Shown: in pieces, positions 46,410 to 54,634 of the stretch
Numbering within the stretch: the first letter of the stretch is position 1
Layout: the number at the start of each line of letters is the position of its first letter
Assembly (NCBI GenBank): GCA_011191875.1
Contig: DUFC01000031.1
Span: forward strand, 117,705-181,704
From: Dehalococcoidia bacterium
GTDB lineage: Bacteria; Chloroflexota; Dehalococcoidia; Dehalococcoidales; W498
DNA length: 64,000 bases
Direction: 5' to 3'
Position numbers and translations under genes: made by a program
The notes under the pieces: generated by a model
Database searches by the model: none
What the model was told of the DNA's origin: nothing
The model's input: only the letters and a program-made list of their open reading frames with translations

Positions 46410-47639
46410 TTGAAAGTAACAATGGTAATCCCATCATATTGGGCAAGAGAAAGTAAGCTTGGTTGGCAAGAAGGAGATGCCATATATGACCACCCCACTC
46501 CTTTAGATGGCGAAGGTACATTACTCAGAACCATCCAGAGTATTAAGATACTAAAAGATAGAAATTTTCAGCTGGTAGTAATTGCTGCGGCTACTGCAGA
46601 GGACATTAGGACTCAGGTTGAAAAGAAGGTCGCCAGCATAATCAAATCAGCCTTTACCACTGCGGGAGTACAAATACTATTATTTGGGACTTCGCATCTT
46701 AAGCAGATACATGACCTATTGATTAGTGAAGATAAAAGGGACTACATCGAACTTCTCAACCTCCGGGGATATTCAAACATTCGGAATCTGTGCTTGTTCC
46801 TTCCGCATATCCTAGGCTCGGAAGTGGCTGTACTTATTGACGACGATGAGATATTTGAAGACCCAGAATTCATGAAGAAGGCTAAAGAGTTCATTGGTAA
46901 AAATATCGGAGGAAGAACCGTCGACGCAATAGCGGGATACTATCTTCAGCCGGATGGAGACTATCATATTAAGAAAACGCAGTCCCCATGGATGAAATGT
47001 TGGGGGCAATATGACGCGATGAACGAGGCCTTTGATAAGTATATTGGAACCGAACCAAGGTTGAAAGAGACTCCTTTTGTCTTTGGTGGCAACACGGTTA
47101 TTCATCGAAATCTATTTACTGCTGTGCCGTTTGACCCCAGGGTCACGAGGGGAGAGGACATAGACTTCTTAATAAATGCGAGGATGTTCGCATACAACTT
47201 CTTCCTGGATAATCAGCTATCTATTAGGCACCTGCCGCCACTAAAAACGCATCTCGCCTGGATGCAGTTGAGGCAAGACATCTACCGTTTCATCTATGAG
47301 CAAGCCAAGATTGCGAATCAAAAAGAGGTAAAGAGGATGACCAGGGTTTACCCTGGAGATTTTGACCCCTATCCGGGCAGGTTTTTAAAGGATAACCTTG
47401 AGGAGAAGATCGAAAAATCGTGCCAGTTGTTGTCTGAAGAGTATCTTATCCAGGGCAACAGACACAGTAGCAAAGAGGCACTAAACAATATAGAACTTGC
47501 CAGAACTGACGCTGTGCCGGGATATGACCCTTTTCAAAGCCTATGCCAGATGCAAACGCGCTGGCAGAAACTAATGGAATATACAAGCAAGGAAGGGGTT
47601 CTTTCAAGAATAAGGGAAATTATTGAAGGAGAGAAATGA
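46410..47639 (+). CDS. GT-A fold glycosyltransferase-like protein
   Basis: 409 aa. N-terminal beta-strand VIPSY, DxD-like VLIDDDE, downstream RGEDIDF. TTG 46410 follows AAAGGAAGGGGGA; an alternative ATG is at 46422. Confidence 0.6.
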   Translation: MKVTMVIPSYWARESKLGWQEGDAIYDHPTPLDGEGTLLRTIQSIKILKDRNFQLVVIAAATAEDIRTQVEKKVASIIKSAFTTAGVQILLFGTSHLKQIHDLLISEDKRDYIELLNLRGYSNIRNLCLFLPHILGSEVAVLIDDDEIFEDPEFMKKAKEFIGKNIGGRTVDAIAGYYLQPDGDYHIKKTQSPWMKCWGQYDAMNEAFDKYIGTEPRLKETPFVFGGNTVIHRNLFTAVPFDPRVTRGEDIDFLINARMFAYNFFLDNQLSIRHLPPLKTHLAWMQLRQDIYRFIYEQAKIANQKEVKRMTRVYPGDFDPYPGRFLKDNLEEKIEKSCQLLSEEYLIQGNRHSSKEALNNIELARTDAVPGYDPFQSLCQMQTRWQKLMEYTSKEGVLSRIREIIEGEK

Positions 47640-47821
47640 ACCTGGACTTGCTATTACTGACCAAGCTACTACGCAGAGCAGACATCATAGGTGGCGCTAA
47701 CCTTGTCTATTGTAAGATTGCAACGTTGATATGATTCGGACTTACCCCCTTTTGGCGTTAGCCTCGATAGTGGAGACCGCTTGATTATAGAAAAAAGGGG
47801 GAATAGCGGGAAATTTCGCTA

Positions 47822-47896
47822 TGGAGCGGGAGACGAGGCTCGAACTCGCGACCCTCTGCTTGGGAAGCAGATGCTCTACCACTGAGCTACTCCCGC
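47822..47896 (-). tRNA. tRNA-Gly (anticodon CCC), CCA encoded
   Basis: Hand-folded. Acceptor GCGGGAG/CUCCCGC, anticodon loop UUCCCAA, T arm GCGAG-UUCGAGC-CUCGU, 3' CCA. Confidence 0.9.
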
Positions 47897-48015
47897 TTAA
47901 GCTAACCATATTATGCCGTGGGGTTATTTTCGTGTCAAGGCGCTTCAAGCGGTTAGTCGATACTGGCGCTTAACTTGTGATATTATTATTTTACTATCGT
48001 TAGTTTAATTCAAGG

Positions 48016-48807
48016 GTGGCATTAGGAATGGAAGGAGATATTTTGTCGGCGGCTTCTATTAGTGATAATTTAGAGACCCACTTTATCGGGCAGAGGGTTA
48101 TTTGCTATCCTAGATTGACTTCAACAATGGAGGTGGCAAAGAAAGAAGCCCGGCAGGGAGCGGCAGAGGGCACTGTTATCGTTGCTGATGAGCAAACCGC
48201 AGGGAAGGGTCGACTAAAGCGCATATGGCTATCACCCAAGGGTAATATTGCTTTATCTGTTATTCTATATCCTGATGTGTTTTACCTACCTTTCCTCATT
48301 ATGCTGGCTTCTTTAGCCGTAGTTCATTGTATAGAGGCGGTTACTGGGCTGAAATCACAGGTTAAGTGGCCGAATGATGTCCTTATCAATAATAAGAAAG
48401 TGTGTGGGATTATAATTGAAGGTAATGTCAGGGGGGGTATAGTGGACTATGCTATCATTGGTATTGGAGTAAATGTTAATCTCAGGCTTTCTGATTTTCC
48501 TGAGATTTTGTCCACTGCTACCAGTCTTTCCGATGAGCTAAGGAAAGAGGTATCACGGTTAGATGTAATACGGCAACTATTGGTCGAGATAGAAAGGTTA
48601 TATTTGGCGCTCCAGACTGGAGGGTCGGTTTTTGAAGAGTGGCGGGACAGGTTAGTAACACTGGGTAGAAGTGTTAGAGTAAAATCGGGCAAAACTACAT
48701 ATGAAGGCATAGCTGAATCAGTAGCCACCGACGGCAGTCTGCTACTGCGCCTCCCAGATGGGAGTCTGAACAGGATTGCAAGCGGAGATGTTACCCTGCG
48801 TGACTAA
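48016..48807 (+). CDS. birA: biotin--[acetyl-CoA-carboxylase] ligase (no N-terminal HTH)
   Basis: GKGRLKRIW biotin-binding loop and KWPNDV motif. Start is GTG 48016 or ATG 48028. Confidence 0.85.
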   Translation: MALGMEGDILSAASISDNLETHFIGQRVICYPRLTSTMEVAKKEARQGAAEGTVIVADEQTAGKGRLKRIWLSPKGNIALSVILYPDVFYLPFLIMLASLAVVHCIEAVTGLKSQVKWPNDVLINNKKVCGIIIEGNVRGGIVDYAIIGIGVNVNLRLSDFPEILSTATSLSDELRKEVSRLDVIRQLLVEIERLYLALQTGGSVFEEWRDRLVTLGRSVRVKSGKTTYEGIAESVATDGSLLLRLPDGSLNRIASGDVTLRD

Positions 48808-48823
48808 TTAATAACTCTTTCTC

Positions 48824-48862
48824 CCAGAGCCTGCTTAAGGTGGCAGGCTCTGGTTACTTCTT
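48824..48862 (+). terminator. intrinsic terminator between convergent birA and the SPFH gene
   Basis: CCAGAGCCTGC-ttaaggtg-GCAGGCTCTGG: a perfect 11-bp stem followed by TTACTTCTT. Confidence 0.6.
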
Positions 48863-48883
48863 ATCAGGTCTTTCAGGCATTGT

Positions 48884-49663
48884 CTATTTGCTGGACTTCT
48901 TGCTTGACTCCTCGATGGCACCTCGGTTCATAAACATAGTAATAAGGTCAATGGGTAAGGGGAAGATTAGGGTGCTATTTCTTTCCGAGGCTATCTCGGT
49001 CAGTGTTTGCAGGTAGCGGAGCTGTAGGGTGACCGGCTCTTTGGCTATAATAGCCCCGGCTTCAGCCAGCCTTGATGAAGCTTGAAACTCGCCATCGGCG
49101 TGAATGATTTTAGCCCGCCTCTCTCTTTCTGCTTCAGCCTGAGCTGCCATCATCCGCTTCATCTGTTCAGCGAGTTCAACCTCCTTAATCTCTACTGTGC
49201 TGACCTTTACCCCCCACGGGTCGGTATGTTCATCAATTATCCGCTGTAGCATCTGATTAAGCTTTTCCCTTTGTGTCAGTAGCTCATCCAGCTCGGATTG
49301 TCCCAATACATTCCGTAGTGTCGTCTGGGATATCTGTGAGGTGGCTCTAATATGGTCTAGAACCTTAACCACAGATGCCTCGGGGTCAACCACCCTGAAG
49401 TATACCACTGCATTTACCCTGACGGTAACATTGTCCTTGGTGATCACCTCTTGTGATGGGACATCCATAGTTACTACCCGGAGGTCTACCTTCATCATCC
49501 GGTCAACGAAGGGAATGATTAGAAATAGACCGGGACCCTTGGCTCCAATCAGTCGACCCAGGCGGAAGATAACCCCACGCTCATATTCGGTAACAATCTT
49601 AACCGTCATCGGAATAACTACGAGCACAGCTAAAACAATTGCCCCTATCCATATAAAGTCCAT
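48884..49663 (-). CDS. SPFH/band 7 (stomatin-like) membrane protein
   Basis: N-terminal TM helix, SPFH core ([17 protein letters not shown]), C-terminal coiled coil with AEAERE. SD AAAGGAGG 6 nt upstream. Confidence 0.9.
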   Translation of the reverse strand: MDFIWIGAIVLAVLVVIPMTVKIVTEYERGVIFRLGRLIGAKGPGLFLIIPFVDRMMKVDLRVVTMDVPSQEVITKDNVTVRVNAVVYFRVVDPEASVVKVLDHIRATSQISQTTLRNVLGQSELDELLTQREKLNQMLQRIIDEHTDPWGVKVSTVEIKEVELAEQMKRMMAAQAEAERERRAKIIHADGEFQASSRLAEAGAIIAKEPVTLQLRYLQTLTEIASERNSTLIFPLPIDLITMFMNRGAIEESSKKSSK

Positions 49664-50403
49664 TGTTTACCTCCTTTGTTATTTCTTAGCTACATATAGT
49701 TTTAAGCCGTCAACCTTGGTTATAATCACCTCCTCCCCGGGTTCCACTCGACCCTTCTCTGATACTGCTGTCCACCGCTCACCCTTAAAGAAAACGATTC
49801 CCTCAGGTTCCAGGGCTACCTTGACTATGGCGGTCTTTCCTATCAGATCTTCCCTGCCTGCAGATGCCTGGTGGCGGTGGGCTCGAATTCCCCAAATAAT
49901 TGTGATAGCAAGGAAAGCAGAAATACCAATTGCAACTATGACAATTAACCACGGGTCCACTTGGAACCAATTCGGGTCTATTTGAAACAATGGAGACCTC
50001 CCAGCAAATAAGATTTTGGAATAACTATAAGCACAGCTAAAATAATCATAACGATGCTAATTGGGCTCGTTTATTTACCTCCCCCATCCTTTCTGGTTAC
50101 ATATAGTTTTAAGCCGTCAACCTTGGTTATAATCACCTCCTCCCCGGGTTCCACTCGACCCTTCTCTGATACTGCTATCCAACGTTCGCCCCTAAAGAAA
50201 ACGATTCCCTCAGGTTCCAGGGCTATCTTAACTATGGCAGTCTTTCCCACCAGCTCTTCCCTGCCGGTAGTTGCCTGGTGTCGGTGCGCCTTAATTATTC
50301 TATTAATTACAAAGGCGAACAGAGCAGCAATACAGATTGAAACTGTAGCAATTAGCCACGGATTTAATTGAAACAATGGACCCCCCTTAAATAAGATTAA
50401 TGA
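49611..50403. repeat. head-to-tail tandem duplication (copy 1 at 49611-50017, copy 2 at 50018-~50403)
   Basis: A constant 407-nt offset links ggaataacta (49611 / 50018) and tacatatagt (49691 / 50098). The first ~80 nt after 49691/50098 are identical. A 21-nt indel lies near the distal end. Confidence 0.85.
49679..49990 (-). CDS. short NfeD-like protein (TM segment plus C-terminal OB-fold), paralog of the C-terminus of the long NfeD
   Basis: 103 aa. The C-terminal 65 aa are nearly identical to the end of the 50071..51384 product. TTG start 49990 lies 6 nt after GGGAGG. Confidence 0.7.
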   Translation of the reverse strand: MFQIDPNWFQVDPWLIVIVAIGISAFLAITIIWGIRAHRHQASAGREDLIGKTAIVKVALEPEGIVFFKGERWTAVSEKGRVEPGEEVIITKVDGLKLYVAKK

Positions 50404-51384
50404 GCCAATAACTAGTGAGGTTAAGCCACCTGCGGTAAATAAACCAAAGGTGGTAGTAAATACCTCAGCGATAAAGAGACCGAAGGCTAGAACTATAAGT
50501 AGGACCCCAGCGTAGTTTACTGGCAACATTCCCAGTGAGTAGAAGGCTAGTAATCCACAGATGCCACCGACTACACCAGGGAAAATAAGCCCCGGGTTAA
50601 AGATTTCAACCATTATGCCGAGCATAGCCAGGCTGAGCAGTATGTAAGCAATATTTGGGTCACTGATAGCATAGAGGAAGTCTTCAATTACGGTCATGTT
50701 GACATGGTTAACGGTAGCTCCTTGAGTGCGCAGAGTGACCGTACTACCATCAAGCATAGTTACCTGCCTATCATCAAGTTGAGAGATGAGGGCATCAAGG
50801 TTGGGGGCAATCATATCAATGACATTAAGCTCCAGAGCCTGGTGTGATGGGAGTGAAGCTGCTTCTCTAACTGCCTTTTCCGCCCATTCCGCATTGCGCC
50901 CGTGAGTATTGGCGATACTTATAGCATAAGCTGCGGCATCATTGACAATCTTCTCTTCCATAGCTTCTGACATTGCTGCTTCGCCCTCGGAACTCATTGC
51001 CACCGGGTGAGCCGCGCCAATCTCAGTCCCTGGTGCCATAACAGCTACATGAGCAGCTATAGTGATAAAAAATCCGGCTGAGGCAGCTCGAGCTCCTGAG
51101 GGGATATATACCACTACCGGAACCTTTGCATTAAGGATGTCCTGTATAATGAGACGCATAGAGGTGTCTAGACCACCGGGTGTATCCATTTGAATGATAC
51201 AAGCAATGGTGTTATCTTCCTCAGCCTGGGCAATGCCACGCTCAATATAATCAACGAGGACAGGGTTGATGGTTCCTTCAACATGAAGCACATCAATCTT
51301 GGAGCTAGCTGCCTGAGCCTCAATGGCTATAAAGGCGGTAACTAATAAACCAACTAGTAGTAGAAGGCGTATGATTTTTACCAT
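50071..51384 (-). CDS. NfeD-family membrane-bound serine protease (ClpP-class protease domain, TM region, OB-fold)
   Basis: Signal peptide, ClpP-like domain (DTPGG, SGARAASAGFFI), multi-TM region, C-terminal NfeD OB-fold. Confidence 0.85.
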   Translation of the reverse strand: MVKIIRLLLLVGLLVTAFIAIEAQAASSKIDVLHVEGTINPVLVDYIERGIAQAEEDNTIACIIQMDTPGGLDTSMRLIIQDILNAKVPVVVYIPSGARAASAGFFITIAAHVAVMAPGTEIGAAHPVAMSSEGEAAMSEAMEEKIVNDAAAYAISIANTHGRNAEWAEKAVREAASLPSHQALELNVIDMIAPNLDALISQLDDRQVTMLDGSTVTLRTQGATVNHVNMTVIEDFLYAISDPNIAYILLSLAMLGIMVEIFNPGLIFPGVVGGICGLLAFYSLGMLPVNYAGVLLIVLAFGLFIAEVFTTTFGLFTAGGLTSLVIGSLILFKGGPLFQLNPWLIATVSICIAALFAFVINRIIKAHRHQATTGREELVGKTAIVKIALEPEGIVFFRGERWIAVSEKGRVEPGEEVIITKVDGLKLYVTRKDGGGK

Positions 51385-51516
51385 AATCAACCCTACTGAA
51401 AGGTCTATAGATAAAGTATATATTGATTGGAGTTATGTTGCAAATAAAAAGGCATAGTTGAATAGCTAGGTAAATTAGTGTTAGAATTTACCGACTATTT
51501 ATGTTAAAGGTGCAAT

Positions 51517-52743
51517 ATGAGAGTCCAAAGGTGTAAAGGAAGTCGAGACTTGTCTCCCGAAGAGATGACAAGGTTTCGCCTAATCGAGGGAGTATTTAGA
51601 GATTGCTGTCTTAAATGGGGGCATGAGGAGGTGAGGACACCAACGCTTGAATATCTCCACCTATTCACCTCAACCGGGACGCTTACCCCCAGCATGTTAA
51701 ATAGGGTATATTCCTTTCTTGATTGGGATGGCTGGAGTGGGGAGAGGGTAGTGCTGAGACCTGACGGCACTATCCCTGTGGCCAGGCTTTATATTGATAG
51801 TATGGCAGAGAAAGAGTTGGCCAAGCTCTTTTATGTGACTAATATCTTTATCTTCGAGCCGACGGGAAAGGAGACGAGGGAGAGATGGCAGTGTGGGGCT
51901 GAACTTATTGGGGTGGGGTCAACCATAGCCGATGTTGAATTGATAACCCTGGCTTTAGAGGTTTTAAAGAGGTTAGGGGTTGGAGGCGTAGAGCTGAAGT
52001 TATCGCACGCTGGCTTAATAAGGGCGTTGCTAGCCAAGCTTGGGTTGAGCCCTGGAGAGCAGACAGAGGTATTTGACCAGATTTTGGATGGGGATGTAGA
52101 AGCGCTGGCTAGGCTAAGGTCGGGGAGACCTGAGCTAGGAGAGGCTTTGTCCCTATTACTAAACTCAAAAGGAAAATCATCCGGGTTTCTAAAAAACTTG
52201 AAGGCACTATTTAACCAGAATTTAGCCGAGCTTGAAACTCCTATTGATGACTTCATAAGTATCGTTGATTTGCTTGATGCTCTGGAATGTAACTACCAGA
52301 TTGATATAACCTCAGGAAAGGGCTTTGAATACTATACCGGGGTGATTTATCAATTCTTTATTAGTGATGAGAAGGTAGCCGGCGGGGGGAGATATGATGC
52401 CCTTATTCCTTTAATGGGTGGCAAGGATATTCCGGCATCAGGTTTTGCCCTCTACCTTGACCGTCTGATGAACCTGGTGAAGCCAGAATTATTTACTGAG
52501 CCTTCGGGTCAGAGAATTCTAATCAGGGCTCAACCAAAGGCAGTAAAAGAAAGTTTCACCATGGCTAGTCGCCTCCGTGAAGCTGGGTATGTGGCTGAAC
52601 TTAATCTGGGCAGTCAGGAGCTAGCTAATTTGAGATGGAAGCTTGATGTTCAAAATAAAGCGCCTTTATTTATTTTAACTGACCAGGTTAACCATAAAAC
52701 GTTTAAGGTGCAAACTGCGGATGAAGTATTAAAATTATTGTAA
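51517..52743 (+). CDS. hisZ: ATP phosphoribosyltransferase regulatory subunit (HisRS paralog)
   Basis: 408 aa with the class II HisRS fold (GSRD, GFEYYTG, GGGRYD). Motif 2 is degenerate: FIFEPTGKETRERWQ instead of the canonical FRYERPQxGRxREF-type sequence. Located upstream of hisG. A genuine HisRS is not fully excluded. Confidence 0.6.
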   Translation: MRVQRCKGSRDLSPEEMTRFRLIEGVFRDCCLKWGHEEVRTPTLEYLHLFTSTGTLTPSMLNRVYSFLDWDGWSGERVVLRPDGTIPVARLYIDSMAEKELAKLFYVTNIFIFEPTGKETRERWQCGAELIGVGSTIADVELITLALEVLKRLGVGGVELKLSHAGLIRALLAKLGLSPGEQTEVFDQILDGDVEALARLRSGRPELGEALSLLLNSKGKSSGFLKNLKALFNQNLAELETPIDDFISIVDLLDALECNYQIDITSGKGFEYYTGVIYQFFISDEKVAGGGRYDALIPLMGGKDIPASGFALYLDRLMNLVKPELFTEPSGQRILIRAQPKAVKESFTMASRLREAGYVAELNLGSQELANLRWKLDVQNKAPLFILTDQVNHKTFKVQTADEVLKLL

Positions 52744-52758
52744 TAGTTTACCTTACTA

Positions 52759-53167
52759 TCATTCTGAGCGTAGCCAAGAATCTTTAAGCGCTTCAAACCC
52801 TTCGCTTCGTTCAGGGTGACATATAAGTGTCCGAATGCTTACAAGTCATTATTGAAAATGGACAAGGTTCCGTGAGAGAAATTAAATTTGGCATTCCGTA
52901 AATTAAGAGAATTTAGGGTAGTATGAAGGGGCGAATTACATGGAGTCCTCGTAAAAAATAAAGTCTTTGGATTGAAAATCCCCTTCAAAACCTATACTTA
53001 TCCCTCTTTCGGAGGAGAGTCAAAGAGAGGCTTCGCCTCTCTTAAAAATTCTTACCTTTCCCCTTATCAAGGGGAAAGGGATACAGGGGATGGGGTTAAT
53101 AAAAATAAATAGCTATGTTATCTCTTGAGATTGCTTCGTCGTCCTTTCACTGAAGGACTCCTCGCAA
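52759..53167. repeat. cluster of hairpin-forming inverted repeats in the hisZ-hisG spacer
   Basis: Imperfect inverted repeat 52759-52774 / 52804-52819. Hairpins at 53023-53043 (8 bp), 53055-53079 (perfect 11 bp) and 53131-53167 (composite). Confidence 0.6.
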
Positions 53168-53197
53168 AGACTGGAGGCTAATCTCAAAGGGGGTGAG

Positions 53198-54634
53198 GTG
53201 GACAAACAAATTAAGATAGCATTGCCTAAGGGTCGCTTTTTAGGTGAGACGGCTAGCTTGCTCGGTAGTGCAGGCTGGGGGCTAGATGGCTACCATAAGA
53301 CGGCGCGTCTTTACCGCCTTGAATCCCAGAAGTTTCCCAATCTCTCAGCTAAGATATTTCATGAGAAGGATATCCCTGTTCAGGTAGCGGTGGGTAACTA
53401 TGATTTGGGCATTTGTGGGCTAGATTGGATTGAAGAACTCTTGGTTAGATACCCAAGTAGTGCCTTGGTTAAGGTGAGAGACCTGGGATATGGAGATGGT
53501 GCCTTATATATAGCTACCAGCAGGTCTGATGCAGCCACAGTGTATGAGGCACAAGCCAATCCGGGTATTATACGCATTGCTAGTGAGTATCCGAACCTGG
53601 CTGAATCCTTTGCCGTAAACCTTCGTCTGAGACGGTTTAGCGTCTTTCCTTTGTGGGGGGCGGCTGAGGTTTATCCCCCGGAAAGTTGTGATTTGGTATT
53701 AATTCCTGGGGGGGCAGAGGAGCAACTGTCTGACTGTGGACTAGTGTCGGTAGCCAAAGTCCTTAGTATTAGTACCTTTCTGATAGCTAATAAGAATAGC
53801 TGGGAAACCAAGGACTTGGGTGATATACTGGCTTCTATTAATAATAAACCAGTGGTTAGTCAGAAGCAGCCTTCTTCGGTAGAGGCGGTGAGAGTACCGG
53901 AAATTGCTGGTCCACATTTTCCTAAGGTGGCAGAGAGTATAGTCCGGTTAGCTTTACCCGATGGACATCAGCAATTGCCCACCCTTCGTCTGTTGAATAA
54001 GGCTGGTATTCGGGTAGATGATTACACATCACCGATAGGCAATCGTCGACCAACTACTAACCTAGATGGGGTCATGATTAAGGTGATTAGACCTCAGGAT
54101 ATGCCATTGCAGGTAGCTAACAGTAATTTTGATTTGGCTATTACCGGTAGGGATTGGCTTACGGAGCATCTTTACCGATTTCCCTCTAGCCCGGTGACAG
54201 AGCTTCTAGACCTTAAATTTGGGAAGGTAAAAATAGTGGCCGTGGTAAGCAAGGATTTGCCTGTAGCCGATGTCTATGGCTTGAGGCAACTTATCGCTGA
54301 GCAGCCGGTGCCATGTAGAGTAGCTTCAGAGTATTTGAATATAGCTGACAAGTATGCCAGGGATAATCACCTGGGAATGTATAGAGTAATTCCTACTTGG
54401 GGAGCCAGTGAGGCCTTTTTACCCGAGGATGCCGACCTTTTAATTGAGAATACTGAGACAGGACAAACCATATCCCGCCATAATCTTAAGATTATTGATA
54501 CCCTTTTTACATCAACAGCTTGCCTGATTGGTAATACCGACAGTATATCCAGTTCTAGCCAAGGTGAAAGGATAAAGTCTATTATTGAGACCTTACGGAT
54601 TGCAGTGGAGGATGTCCAAATTGATAATCATTGA
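53198..54634 (+). CDS. hisG: ATP phosphoribosyltransferase, tandem-duplicated short-form (two HisG-S modules in one 478-aa chain)
   Basis: Residues 1-~215 and ~248-478 align with each other (IALPKGR/LALPDGH, DLGICGLDWIEE/DLAITGRDWLTE, RYPSS/RFPSS, IASEYPNLAE/VASEYLNIAD, WGAAE/WGASE). Only the second module keeps the PRPP loop, DLLIENTETGQT. Confidence 0.75.
   Translation: MDKQIKIALPKGRFLGETASLLGSAGWGLDGYHKTARLYRLESQKFPNLSAKIFHEKDIPVQVAVGNYDLGICGLDWIEELLVRYPSSALVKVRDLGYGDGALYIATSRSDAATVYEAQANPGIIRIASEYPNLAESFAVNLRLRRFSVFPLWGAAEVYPPESCDLVLIPGGAEEQLSDCGLVSVAKVLSISTFLIANKNSWETKDLGDILASINNKPVVSQKQPSSVEAVRVPEIAGPHFPKVAESIVRLALPDGHQQLPTLRLLNKAGIRVDDYTSPIGNRRPTTNLDGVMIKVIRPQDMPLQVANSNFDLAITGRDWLTEHLYRFPSSPVTELLDLKFGKVKIVAVVSKDLPVADVYGLRQLIAEQPVPCRVASEYLNIADKYARDNHLGMYRVIPTWGASEAFLPEDADLLIENTETGQTISRHNLKIIDTLFTSTACLIGNTDSISSSSQGERIKSIIETLRIAVEDVQIDNH

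Noticed and set aside
47742-47948. ORF 47742..47948 (-, 68 aa).
   Set aside because: It overlaps tRNA-Gly(CCC) entirely. The tRNA cloverleaf is unambiguous.
49341-49985. 214-aa plus-strand ORF across the SPFH and short-NfeD genes, and its twin at 50054..50371.
   Set aside because: Both are antisense to well-supported genes. The translations are low-complexity, Ser/Thr/Ile-rich. The duplication of this ORF simply mirrors the DNA tandem duplication.
51517-52743. Calling the 408-aa HisRS-like protein a genuine histidyl-tRNA synthetase (hisS).
   Set aside because: Class II motif 2 is degenerate (FIFEPTGKETRERWQ), and the gene sits directly upstream of a short-form-type hisG, which favours HisZ. 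This is not fully excluded, because a C-terminal anticodon-binding-like domain is present.
52744-53197. A T-box or histidine leader-peptide attenuator upstream of hisG.
   Set aside because: No T-box consensus, specifier-loop architecture or run of His codons was found. The region consists of repeat-like hairpins.
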